Of a DNA stretch of 22,550 nt, positions 10,129 through 21,815 are shown piece after piece. Position 1 is the stretch's first letter. Every line of letters begins with the position of its first letter. The position numbers and the translations under genes were made by a program. The DNA is from Toensbergia leucococca (taxonomy: Eukaryota), in assembly GCA_022813965.1 (NCBI GenBank), contig JALDZS010000008.1, forward strand, positions 248,001-270,550. The letters are read 5' to 3'. The notes beneath the pieces were generated by a model. It was not told where the DNA came from, did no database searches, and saw only the letters and a program-made list of their open reading frames with translations.

Positions 10129-13100
10129 ATGTCTCAACGACATACGCGGATTATCTTAGCCGGCAGGAGATCCCCCCATGATGAGCAGCCTAAGCTTGAA
10201 AAGAATTCCACAAAGCAGGAGTCAAGTACATCACTTCTAACGCCAAGCCAAACCTCAATGAAGCTACAAGTTGCTGAGCAATATTCTGAATCTGAAGATG
10301 AAGTAGAGATTGAGGATGAATTCGGAGAAAGAATCCAAGAGTTACTTGATGGACTTGATACGGCTTACGATCCTTCAACAGAACCACTTCCAAACGTCCC
10401 TGCGTATCATGAGTCGTTCTCAATGCTAGAAAAGCATTGCTTGGATCTCACCAGAGGTGCTACTAGCGTTCTAAGATCATCAGAGTATCAAGACACAGAG
10501 ACTACGCGGCTTCTAGAGCAGATCTCACTACATGAATCTATCAATTACGGTCTTCCGCGCAAGATCGGTCTGATTGGCGATTCTGGTGTTGGTGATGTTG
10601 CCAAAAATTGATTTGTCTTATTTCCCTGGTCTCATTATTCTTAGGTAAAAGCGCTCTCGTAAATTCTCTCCTGGACACTTGCGGCATAGCATTTGAGGTG
10701 AGTATGACTTTGAAGGCCGTCAAAGCAAAGCTAACATCGGTTTTTAAGAGCGCCGGTGGAAGTGCTTGTACCTGTGTCATCACAGAGTATTACCAAGCAC
10801 CACCAAACCAGATATCGCCATTTGCTGCTGAAATATCATTCTTTGATCCCAAGACTAGAGGGGACATTCTCCGGACTCATTTTCTTGACTATTACAAGTA
10901 CCATTTTGAGTCAAGAGACGATGTAGATCAAGCTACGTTGGAAGATATGGAGATTGCCGCGAGCACAGCTCTCGAGGCCTTTCGAGCTCTATTTGCTAGT
11001 CATGAAGAGTTTTATGATGACGACACGGCAAAAGCATTCGATCGTCTAAGAATAGCGAGTCTCTGGAACAGCTCTGCGACTGGACTTCCGAGCTCATCTC
11101 GCAGAATATTGAGGAGGAGTGGCTGGCCTTTCATACCACTGGCACGACCAGTCAGGAGCTTACAGACAAGATTGAGCCCTTCGTGAAGTCTATGCCTGAA
11201 AACGAAGAAAGTTGCCCCTGCCCTTCTTTATGGCCAGTAGTATCGTTGGTAAAGTAGGTCGTTGTGTTTTCTGGTTTCTAGATACTCGTGGTCACAACTT
11301 ACTGAAGCGTTTTCAAGGATCGGTTTGCAGTCCGTTCTACTGAAACGAGGATTAGTTGTTGCAGACCTTCCGGGTGAGATCCATCTGAGTAAAATTCTGC
11401 CGATGCGTCATTCTCATTCTCTGGGTCGTAGGACTCTCAGACATAAATAGAAGCAGAAAACGCGCATCACAACAATACAAGTGAACATGTGACTTTCTCT
11501 TCATAGTTGCTCCTATCACACGCGTACAAACGGATGACTTAGTACACCAGAGACTAATGGAAGATTTCGGATCGTTTGGCTCTCGCAAAGCACTGATATG
11601 TACTCATGTAGATGTGAGCTCACAGAAACAAGTATTACGGACCGTAAACTGATTAATTTGGAGAACATGAATCCCAATGTCAGACCGCGCGATCTTGGAG
11701 CAACAGCGAAAGAGTCAGAAAAATATACTAGGATAACGCGCGCACATGCTGCCGCGGAGAAGGAACGATTACAGATTTCTTGTTCTCTCGATAAGCTTGA
11801 TGGGAAATTAGGAATGGATACTTATGAACAGTTGCAGAGATTGGGGTAAGCTCGGTATCACAGCTTTCGCAAAGTGGTGTCACTGAATTAATCCTCCAAA
11901 GGTTGAAAAGGGCTGCTTTGAAGGCATTGTAAGTTCACACAGTACCGAGCCATGCTGTTGAGAGACTTTTCGCCAGCTGATTGCTTCAGGCAAAAAGAGA
12001 CGCTTGTCAAGATGAGAAACAAGAAAGTCACATTAGCTATACGGAAGAAGTACAGAGACATTTTCGCAGACGCTCGAAACATACCTGTATTCTGTGTGTC
12101 GAACTACCAATACAACTTGCACAAAACTGGCTACGAGGAGGACTTAATACCCATCTCTTTACGTGTCACTGGGATTCCTAGCCTCCGCATGTTTGCTTTA
12201 GAACTGCCGGCAATAAGTAAGCTCAACATCTTGAGGCAATACTTGGAAGGGACAATACCGTCTTTGATTAGCTCCCTCGAGATGTGGACCCCCAAATCGC
12301 CAACAAAACGAAGAGAGGAGCTTCGCAGATCTGTTGCTCAACCCTCAGCGGATTTTGAAGCAAAGATCGCAGCTTACTTTGAGGAAGTAGAATCTCACTT
12401 ATCAGAGTATATCTTGGAGAAGATAGGTACATTACCTGCTGCCAGTGAAGTATATTACTTAGCTGTGCTGATTTGTTAACAGGAGAATTCTACGACAACT
12501 GGGTCACGTTGGGCAAGAAGGCTGTACCGAAATGGTCAACTGTTAGAATTTTCACCGGTCCCCAAACTTTGACATGCAAGTAGCTGACTTTTTTCTCAAG
12601 TGGAATACTCACACTTTCGCTGCGTGGTGCCGTCGCGGCGGCTGTCAATCTAACAAACGTCAAGGGTTTATTTCCTGGAACACCGAACTGCTTAAGCCAG
12701 TGGTTAGCGCTCTTGTAGATCTATGGAAGCAGTTCGATCTTGCGCTCCGAGAGTGCCACAAGAAACATGTGGATTTGCTCACAGCATCACTAGACAGCAT
12801 TGGCGAGAATTTGAAAGGCAAGTAGCCGCATCCCAAGAAAGTAAATGCAAATTTGACAAGTGCTGCAGCTATACCGGGCTCATCGGCGAAGTCAATGACG
12901 GCACTCATGCAATCTATAGGATCCAAGAAGGTACTACTATGTATGACCCTGGAAGATGAGTACAATGCTCTGAAGAAAGTAAGCAGGCACGTTCATTAGA
13001 CCTGGAAATGCTAAATCTGTGATTAAAAGTAGCAGGAATGTAAGGCTTGATTCAATGACGGAAGAAGCCAATTCCTATTTCATGCAGGTAATGGTGCCAT

Positions 13101-13502
13101 TCTATGAATGTTGCGCTGCCAAATCAGGTATCCGTTGCTAGAATTTATTCTAGAGTTCTCGTTGCTAATTGTACTCTAGGCAAAGACGCACACAACAAAC
13201 GAAGGGCTTTGTTGGAAGGTGTAATCGGCCGCGGCGATGCCTTCAGGAATATCGAGCCCAACATCAAAAAGAGGTTTGAAGTTGAACTACGCACCAGGCA
13301 GCCAAAGCTAGTTGAGAAAGTGGGTGCAATCTTTGGAATCATCTTGGAGGATTTCGATCGTATGTTTGTAGTCAACAAAATTCGTGATCCCAATCTTGAA
13401 AAACTCCGCCGTCAGATTGTGGCTTTTGTCGACAGGGCCAAAACTAGATTGGCGGGTCCGATGAGCATGGAGCTTGATAGAGCAACGGCGAACTCAGCTT
13501 AG
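10129..13502 (+). pseudogene. Dynamin-superfamily-like large GTPase (fungal SLIP-GC/NUGGC-like), multi-exon, disabled by a frameshift (~11021-11045) and a TGA (11482-11484)
   Basis: G1 GDSGVG|KS is split by intron 10592-10644. G2 region is SACTCVITE, followed by PSLWPVVSLVK, G3 GLVVADLPG|LSDIN, G4-like ICTHVD and C-terminal FAAWCRRGG...WN. The WP-motif segment is out of frame with the preceding exon sequence, and QQYK*TCDFLFIVAPITR is interrupted by a stop. Confidence 0.75.
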
Positions 13503-13861
13503 TCGTGGGAGCTCAGCGAACCCCTACTTGTTTATTCTTTCGAGGCTGAAGTAAAAAAGTATCGGCCTTTAGAGGCTGAGCGGTTGGCAACGAGATTCGT
13601 ACAATGCTCTCCATTGGAATGAATTCAGACAATATTATCCTCAGATCCTATCGCATCATGTGTTTGTGCCTCAGTGACCATAACACTGACCAAAAAAAAG
13701 GTGATTACTCTGTAGGCACCTTGATAATCGGGATCTCACCGACTATCATGACAACTTGTAAAAGAGGTTGTCGGATTTTCTATGTAGGTAGTCGCAGGAG
13801 AGGCAGACGAGACAGGCTGGTGGCTGGGCAGAACTTACCTCGGTAAGATCTAAGATCTTAA

Positions 13862-13969
13862 AGACTAAAATTAGTGTGAGATTAAATCGCTTGGCATTCT
13901 GGCATTATCACCATCCTGCCTCTTCAATTTTTACTTCACGCAAACAAACATCGCACACGCATGCCACAC
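13862..13969 (+). promoter_or_regulatory. Proximal promoter/5' UTR of the EDC4-like gene (direct repeat copy B)
   Basis: Ends 8 nt before the ATG at 13978 (ttcaaacATGG) and is homologous to 9396-9490. Confidence 0.7.
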
Positions 13970-13977
13970 CTTCAAAC

Positions 13978-16900
13978 ATGGCTAATTCGGGAGCCGATCC
14001 TGCATCCGATTTGCAAGGACTCTTTTCCAGTCTTCGTTCAAACAACGCCAAGAGTTATGCCTCACCTCAGTCTCGTCCTGTAGAGCCCCGTCCTTCCACC
14101 AATGTCATTTCATCACCCGCTCTCTCACCCTCATTCAATACACCTCAGTCGCACGACTATGCCAACATGAGAAAGACTCTCTCTACAGCCTCAATCTCCG
14201 AGCAATCAAATGCCGAACGTACAGCCAGCCTACTGAATCTACTCAAGTTCAGTGCGCCCACCTCCTCTGGCCAAGCTACCCCTCAGCATCAATCTGTGCC
14301 TGCCTCGCGACCTCCTTATGGAACTGGCCAATCTCAAGCCTCAAGCAATCAGAATGTTCACAATCTTGTGGCATCATTCTTGGACAAACCTTCGACCCCC
14401 GTGACGCGAGAGAATCTAAAGCCTTCCTTAGATGCCACTAGAGCAGAACCGACGAGTCATCAGGACTTTCTATTAAAGCTCCTTAATCGCCCTAGTCCCC
14501 TTCAAGAGACAGATTCTACCCTCAACCAGCTCGGATCACCCGATTCGCGAGACCAGAGCAAAAATATCAGTACTCTGCCGCGAGACATTGAGGCTACGTC
14601 AGAACGTCCCTCTACCGCACCGGGACCTAAGCGCACTACGCCGTTTGCTCGCAAGGAATCACCGATCCGTATTTTCGGTAGCGATGACAATTCGCAGCCT
14701 ACTCCTTTCGAACCTAAAGACGTGCCAAAGTTTGAGCCGCAACGTAAGAAGGAATCTATCTTTACCTATGTTAACCCCTTCGAACAACTTGCTGCTTCTT
14801 CCCCTCGCAACGTAAAGCCTAGATCAGAGGATGCCTCACCAACGGTCCGAAACACAAATGGCGATGGCAATAAGCGAAAGACCAACGAAACATTACCTGA
14901 ACCTACTCACATGAATTCGCGGAGAAAGCTTACTGCAAACGATAACGAGATTTTGCGTAGTATTGAGTCTTCAGAACCCACCCTTCTGGATGACGGACGT
15001 AGCAAGGTGGAAGCATTGATTGGTATAGGAGCACCTTCGAAGGACGCTGAGACTGTCGCAGAGGCCTTGAATGAGGTCGGCGAGCAAGTGGATCAAGAGG
15101 TCGAGGACGCGCTGGCTCGAGCCGAAGCAATCGAGAACGAAGTACAAATCAAGGAGGAAGAGCTTGAAGAAGCAAAAGAAGCTACACTAGATGCACTCGA
15201 GGATAGACTCCGTGAGGTTGCATTGGACGTGAAACAAGAGCTGGATAGAGAAGAGAACCAAGGTCTCCTAGAGCAGTCCATGCCAACGCCAATGGCTGAA
15301 GCGGTCAAGGACATTATTGATGAGGCGGCGGAGGGCCATGTCGCCGTCAGTTCTAATGAAGAAGACGATCGTACCAATGATCAGGAAGATCGAATGGTTC
15401 GTGTCTACAACTTCCCAATGAAGCCGTTTGTATCGATCGACATCAAACAACCAGATTCGCCTCAATTACAAATTCGAGAGGACTCGGTGATGAACATTGC
15501 TCGACTGAAGAAAGAGTTCGACCAGATTGACCGAACTCTAGCGACGGCCACGAATGAGTTCATAGTTTACGGAGTACCTAAAACTGGGGGACTAAGGATT
15601 ATTCGACAGGACGACGGTGCAGCTCAACATATATTTCATAACTCGCACGATCGAATCTTTAATGTCTCCATCTCCTCGGCCGTTCCTTTGTCTCCCCTGC
15701 GTGGTATTCAAACCATCATCGCAACTGGCGTCAGCGGATCAGTCTATTGGGCAACATTAAGTAAATCCACAGATGATTTATTTGAAGCCGGTGAAATCGA
15801 GAGACAAGGCCTTATTTTCCCAGTCCACAGCGACAGCACCTCTGGCGGCCAACTGAAGACCCGAGCAAAGAAGAGTAGTCGTCATCCAGAATTTTTTGCC
15901 ATAGGACGTGGCAAATCGATTCAAATCATATTTCCGATGCAGGCGCGGTCCTCTAAGCTCATTGATGGCTCCACTGTGGACACGGAGAAGTACTTCAAGG
16001 ACCGCAACCTGAAGATCAGCACTGGAAAAGCTGGTAAGGATTTCACATTCAGCGAAGATGATACCGTAATCGCTACACTGGACAAAGCTGGACGAGTACG
16101 GTTTTGGGATATCAGAGATTTGGTCGATGAGGCCAATAGCTCTGCAACAAAGCTTGCACCCATCGAAGTCAAGAGTCCATTGCTGACATTTGTTACTGCT
16201 CCTGCCACCGAAAAGTCTTGGCCTACATCAGTGCTCTTCGTAGATAAGCTACGATCATACACGAAGGGGATCGCTCTTCGGTACATCATCGTTGGTATGA
16301 AGCAGAATCATACCCTTCAGCTCTGGGATTTAGGTCTCGGCAAAGCTGTGCAAGAGTTGAATTTCCCGCACGAGAATGAATCCGATGCCATCTGTAGCAT
16401 CGCTTACCATCCAGCATCTAGTATTATCGTTGTGGGCCATCCAACTCGAAATTCCATCTACTTAATCCATCTGTCGGCTCCTAGATATAACCTCCCGGCT
16501 ATGACGCAGACTAAATATGTCCAACGCTTGGCCATCAAAGACCATTCGCTTCCCAAGCCGGAGGCTACTGCCATCATGAGTGGAATGAGAGAAATCTCGT
16601 TCTCATCGAAAGGTCAACTTCGAAGCATCGAGTTAATACCATCGTCGGGCGAGCCAACCAGAGTTATGGATGAAGATGACCAGGATCCTATGCTGTTCGA
16701 GCTTTATGTCATGCATTCCAAAGGAGTCACTTGCCTTGCTATAAAAAAGGAAGACCTGGGCTGGTCCAAGGACAGCAAAGTGCTTCATCCAGTAGATGCA
16801 GAAGCAGAAGGTGTTGTTGCCATTAAAGAGCTCCGTGATCCCCAAGTTGATCACTTTAGCGAGGCTTCGTCTATCAACGGTGATATTCTCCCTGCTCCGC

Positions 16901-18705
16901 CAGTTCCTCCTACCACGCCGACGGCCAGACTAGCTACAAAAGATTCTAATAGGAGTACCACAGCATCTGTTAACAAATCCCGCGATGCTCCACCCAAAGA
17001 TACTGTGGCATCTACTGCGAAGAAAGAACGCACACTTCTAGATTCTGGATATGATGCCTCGAGTGGAAATGCAGATAAATCTGAGAAAAAGAAGAAGAGG
17101 CGTACTGGCGGCGCGACGGAAGAGTCTATCTCGCATCCTGCTGATCCCTTGAACGTTCATCCTGTAGCTTCATCGGCTCCTGAGTCATATGCCAACGCAG
17201 CCCAACGAGCCCGATCACCGATATCTAATGTTCCAGTGCGTTCTAATCCAGAGACGGCGAAACCTAGCATTGCGAAGCCGAGCTCTGAGGACACCCATGA
17301 GCCCGTGGCCAGTGCGGCTGCCACTGCATCGACTCGGTCCCTCGCAAACGGAGAATCTATCAATATTTCTGGGGAGTTCCTGAACCAAGAACTCAAGAAG
17401 ATTGAGAAGGGATTTTCCGGCGAATTCTCAAAAGTACTAAATCGAGAGCTTGAATCTTTGTATCGGCGCTTTGACGAAGACAAACGAGTTCAAGACGCAG
17501 CTGGGGCCGCCAAGCAAGACGCTGTTTTGCGCCTAGTGTCGAGTACTCTAGGAGATAATGTTGAGAAGTCGTTAGCCCGCATGATTGGAACAAGTATTAA
17601 GGAAGAAGTTCTCCCTTCCATCGCGGATATCACGGCATCCACATTAGACAAGAGTGTTTCCGAGACCATCAATCAACAACTGCATCAAGCGATTCCACCT
17701 CTGCTTAAATCTGCTCTACCCGAAGCTGTGAGCAGAGCTATGCAGAACCCTGAAATTCTGCGTGCAATTTCGGATCAAATCACTAGCAAGGTCGCAACCC
17801 ACGTAGAAAGCGAATTCTCTAAAGTCCTTCATAGCACTATTACTCCGTCTTTTAAGAATCTCGCTATTACCACTGCACACAAGATCAGTGCGGAAACGGA
17901 ACGACGCGTAGGAGAGCAATTGCAGAAGACCGAATCACAACATCAGGAGGATGGTGTGAAGATCGACCAACTAGCGCTGCTTGTCCGCGGGCTCTCCGAG
18001 ACAGTTCATGCCATGGCAACGGCTCAATCGGAATTTCAGCAAGAAATCCTTAGGCTACAACGTCAGGTCGCTCAGGAACGTCAGGCCAGCTCCAGCAGAG
18101 CCAATTCGAGGACGCACCAACAGAATTCTCTTTCGAGCGAATCGCCAGCACCAAGAAAATCGCCTGAGCAAGAAGAGCTTGAGGCAGTCACTGCGTTGAT
18201 GAATGAAGGTCGATATGAAGAAGGCACGATACAGGTATGTGTTGAGTGGTGGACAAAGTCCAATGTAAATACTTACTAAATCAAATTTAGTGGCTTCAAT
18301 CACACCAGCAAGTTGCCCTCTTCGACAACTTCCTCATCCGCTGCAACCCGACCTATTTGCGGCAGCTGTCGCCGCTCATAGCTCTCTCGGTAGCTGCAGC
18401 GGTAACATCGTCTCTCGAAACCAACGTCATGGAGCGCTTGTTGTGGCTGGAGTCTGTATTCGCATCGATGGATCCAAGGGTGCGTACTCTGATGAATCTC
18501 CTAAAGACTTTGTCTACTCCATTTGCTGATTTCCAAGTAGGACCCTGATATTCGCGAAGTGGCTCCTAGAATCATGGATGTGCTCAGTCAACGTTTAGAA
18601 AGCCAGTACATGCGTACTGCTGAGGCTGATCCTCGCGACCCGATTCTACGCAAGATACCTGGCTTGGCTAGACAGGCACGTGAGCTTAAGTCCTTTATTC
18701 GATGA
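13978..18705 (+). CDS. EDC4: EDC4/Ge-1/Pdc1-like mRNA-decapping (P-body) scaffold protein; exons 13978-18234, 18291-18479, 18541-18705
   Basis: Long S/P-rich N-terminus (FTYVNPFEQL motif), central WD40-like beta region (VYNFPMKPFVSI...IARLKKEFDQIDR...GRVRFWDI...LQLWDL), and a C-terminal helical/coiled-coil region (AKQDAVLRLVSSTL). Two GT-AG introns continue the frame to ...RELKSFIR*. Family assignment is from recalled architecture. Confidence 0.8.
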
Positions 18706-19499
18706 TCAAGGCTCTTTCGCTTCCTATCCAACATCTTGAAGTGTGGCTAAATAGCCTGAATTCCGCACAATTTTCACAGCTCCTAGCAGAGAGTGCGCAA
18801 AACGTTCTGATGCTAGACTTTCCTGGTACCTACTGTTTCCGTTCTTAGCTTCTGATACCCTTCAATTGGATTTGGACCATCTTACGATGTAGCTTGCATG
18901 CCCCTTTCCTTATGGATGACGAGCAGGCGTCTCTTGGATGACTCCATGTGAAGAACGGAAAAATGTGTTTGTGCACCAAGGGTTTTGATCTCTCTTAATT
19001 GTATCTAATGCTTCTTTCGGAAACAGCCTTCAAGTACAATCTTCAATAGCTTTGACGCTGAATGCGTTGGCACAAAAAAGACAGATGTGGAAAGTTTTCT
19101 CGTTATTCAATGAGAGCACAATTACTCGGTCCGTTGTGCTGAATGTTATGAATGCGATTTCATTGATTAAATAGCATAGCTTGACACAAGAACGTGTAAA
19201 AGTTTGGTGACAACAGTGACTGATAGGTCTGATGATTGAAGAACAGAGAGAGATTTGCAGGGGAAATGAGTTTGACTAGGTGCAAGACAAAACCTGATGA
19301 TCAGCGCTGAATGAAAGAGATGAAATTGAAGGGTATCACATTGAGAAGACATGTTTCATTGAGAACTAAATTTTTCCAGGTAAGTAATCATGTCAGGTAT
19401 TTGAACTAAAATATGAATGACAAAAATAATGTAGAATAGAGTCAGAATCTATCAATCAAAGTAATCAGAATTTTCATTATGAAGTGAATTCATAAAGGA

Positions 19500-20078
19500 A
19501 GCTAATAGGTTGACACCTCTTTTTAATACATAAACACCCCCCTTAATTTCTCTTTCTCTATCTCTTTCTCTACATTCTCACCCTTCACTCTCTCTAGTCT
19601 CTCTTTCTCTATCTTCTCACTCTTCACCTTCTCTGACCTCTCTATCTCTATCTCTATCTTCTCACTCATGTGTTATCTCACCTTGTATCACTGCTTTCAT
19701 AAGTTCATGTTAAAAGGGCTCTCACTGAGTAGAATTATCAAACTCAGTCTGTTATTGTGCCTCTCATTGTCATAGGTTGAGAACATTTGAAAAATGTTCA
19801 GGCAGGTGTGCTATTGCTGAATTCTGCATCAATAAAAGAGAATCAATAGACTCAGATGAAGAAGACTCATGCTCATGACTTTTCTCCTAGGTTAATTGAC
19901 TTCTAGATGGCACGCAAATTGAACAGGTAAATGACTTGGGTAGTGATAGAGATTCAAGTGCAAATGTGATGAGAAATCATGCTGATTCTCTACTCATGCA
20001 ACATTGCGCCCGTGCCTCGTCATTGCCTAGTTGAGGGGGGTTGTTTATGTATCAAAAAGGGGTGTCAACCTATTAGCT
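19500..20078. mobile_element. MITE-like non-autonomous DNA element with ~47 bp terminal inverted repeats
   Basis: Left 19500-19546 is agctaataggttgacacctctttttaatacataaacaccccccttaa. The reverse complement of right 20031-20078 is agctaataggttgacacccctttttgatacataaacaacccccctcaa (3 substitutions, 1 indel). No transposase ORF and no clear TSD. Confidence 0.75.
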
Positions 20079-21108
20079 CCCTATGGTAACCAGCAATCGC
20101 AACACCTAATATACAGAAGAGCTCGATTTTTATCCGCCTTATCGTGCCTCGATCCGTGTCATGTGAAATCTGACGCTCTGACTTCGAAACGTGATGTAAG
20201 AGCTCAATCACAGTTTTCTTTGTCTTGGTTGAGATATGATTGATATTTCCATCTCCGTGCGTGAAATCGCTCAAGGGTGAACCCTTTGTATTCATTCTGC
20301 GTAATGAGCATTTAAACTGCCAATGCCCTTGACTCCCGCTCGCACATCCTCCATACGTGGAGCAGACACCAAGAGATGACAGAACGGAGCCAAAAATGAG
20401 GAAACCTCATGTACTCGATTTCACCATTCGATATTCGTCGGAATGTGTTGTGGTTGTTGAGTAGCTCTCACCTATATAGAAGCTTTTCGCTCAACCCTGT
20501 CGCGGTTTTTTTTTCGATATGTGGGCTTTCTGGTGTTTTGCGTACCTCTTTCAAAGCCAATCGCCAAGATCTGCTACATCAGATGAGATGTTCGATTTGA
20601 TAGGGTATTTGACTTGTGACGTGTTATATTGAGTGGTGTGTCTAGAATAGGCAATGGTATGCCTAAGGTTGCGGTACCCAAGGTATGGTGAGATTGTGGT
20701 GCTTAGGTTATGTGTTTCGCCAGCACAAGGTGAGTCACTCACGGTCTGAGGATTTTGGTCCGCCCTGCTATACAGAAAATCGACTAATTACTGTTATTAC
20801 TGTTGGGTCGATGACAAGCAGCGATTCCCAGCTGTGGAATAGTACTTGATTTCCCCTTTAGGACAACATCCTAAGATACAGAGAGAGAGAGAGAATCGTC
20901 TCTCGGGCGATGATGGGTCATACCAACTCATTTTGCCATAACATGTACTTGATTATACATGGCCAAGGAAACAAAAAGGGGGCTACAGAACTGAATGTAT
21001 GGTAATGTATTGACCAAAAAGTTATCTGATATTCTCCACACTGTATGCATTGTCATGCATAAAAGGAAATTTACGAGTATCACAAACGCCAAAGATACGC
21101 AGTCCAGC

Positions 21109-21815
21109 TCACCGATGATGAGAGTATATCTGCCTAGGTCGCAAATGTACCGGCGTTTCATTCTCTGGAGTCCCTGGTATTGTCTTCTCCAAATTCTACA
21201 AAAAAATCAACACCCGTTGACCACCTTTCCCATCAACATGGATGAGAGTGAACTTACTAGCTTTTCAAATACACAGGTGTTGAGAACCCTTTCTGGTCGT
21301 CTGCACTGCCATAGCTGCTGGTTGTTCATCTCGAGGCAGTTCCAGTGGTTACGGAATGCTTGGAGGCACGATTTGTTGATGTCGTCCAGGCTGGTACCAC
21401 CTTGTCAGCCTTGACAGAACATTTTCCCCTTCCCACTCAGTAATCCAAAGTTTCCAAGAGCCCTTCAACCTGCTGGACGTCTCACGAGGCCAGATCTGTA
21501 CTGGAAAGACTCACACACTAGCCGCACACCTCGTAACCTTCCTCCCTTCCCTCATACATTCAGTCTCCCCCCTCCCATGTGCCTCTGTCTTGCAAACCAT
21601 ATAATCATCATTGAATTCCTTGCATCTTGCCCCAATGAAAAAGGATGCGCTGAGGAGCGGTGCGGAGCTGGAACCGATTTCCGGGACTTTGGGGACGGAG
21701 TCTGGGAGGGGGGTTGTGTCGAGGAGGACTTGTTGGTTGAACCTGGGATAGGAATCAGCGATGAGGAGTTGTCTAGGTGGAACTGGGTAGCTTGCCTAGG
21801 TTGTCGAGCTGCCAT
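21109..21815 (-). CDS. NDUFA8: Mitochondrial complex I accessory subunit NDUFA8 (fungal 20.8 kDa/NUPM); exons 21815-21796, 21742-21515, 21390-21258, 21195-21109
   Basis: Not assembled in the ORF track. Spliced translation is MAARQPRFNQQVLLDTTPLPDSVPKVPEIGSSSAPLLSASFFIGARCKEFNDDYMVCKTEAHGRGETECMREGRKVTRCAASVLDDINKSCLQAFRNHWNCLEMNNQQLWQCRRPERVLNTCVFEKLNLEKTIPGTPENETPVHLRPRQIYSHHR*, with four CX9C motifs. Confidence 0.93.

Noticed and set aside
6400..13861. Starship, Helitron or LTR element as the explanation for the accessory block
   Set aside because: No tyrosine recombinase, Rep/helicase, gag/pol or transposase sequence is visible, and the direct repeats lack TG...CA ends.
13876..13977. 34-aa N-terminal extension of the 1467-aa ORF
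   Set aside because: It begins at GTG and lies in the duplicated leader, whose other copy has indels. The ATG at 13978 has a good context.
19229..19310. TGATGA...CTGA box C/D snoRNA-like motifs
   Set aside because: No terminal stem or recognisable rRNA guide, and TGA-rich words are expected in this CpG-depleted tract.
20880..20904. (GA)7 microsatellite with a short tctctc inverted partner
   Set aside because: An ordinary short simple repeat in a 3' intergenic region.
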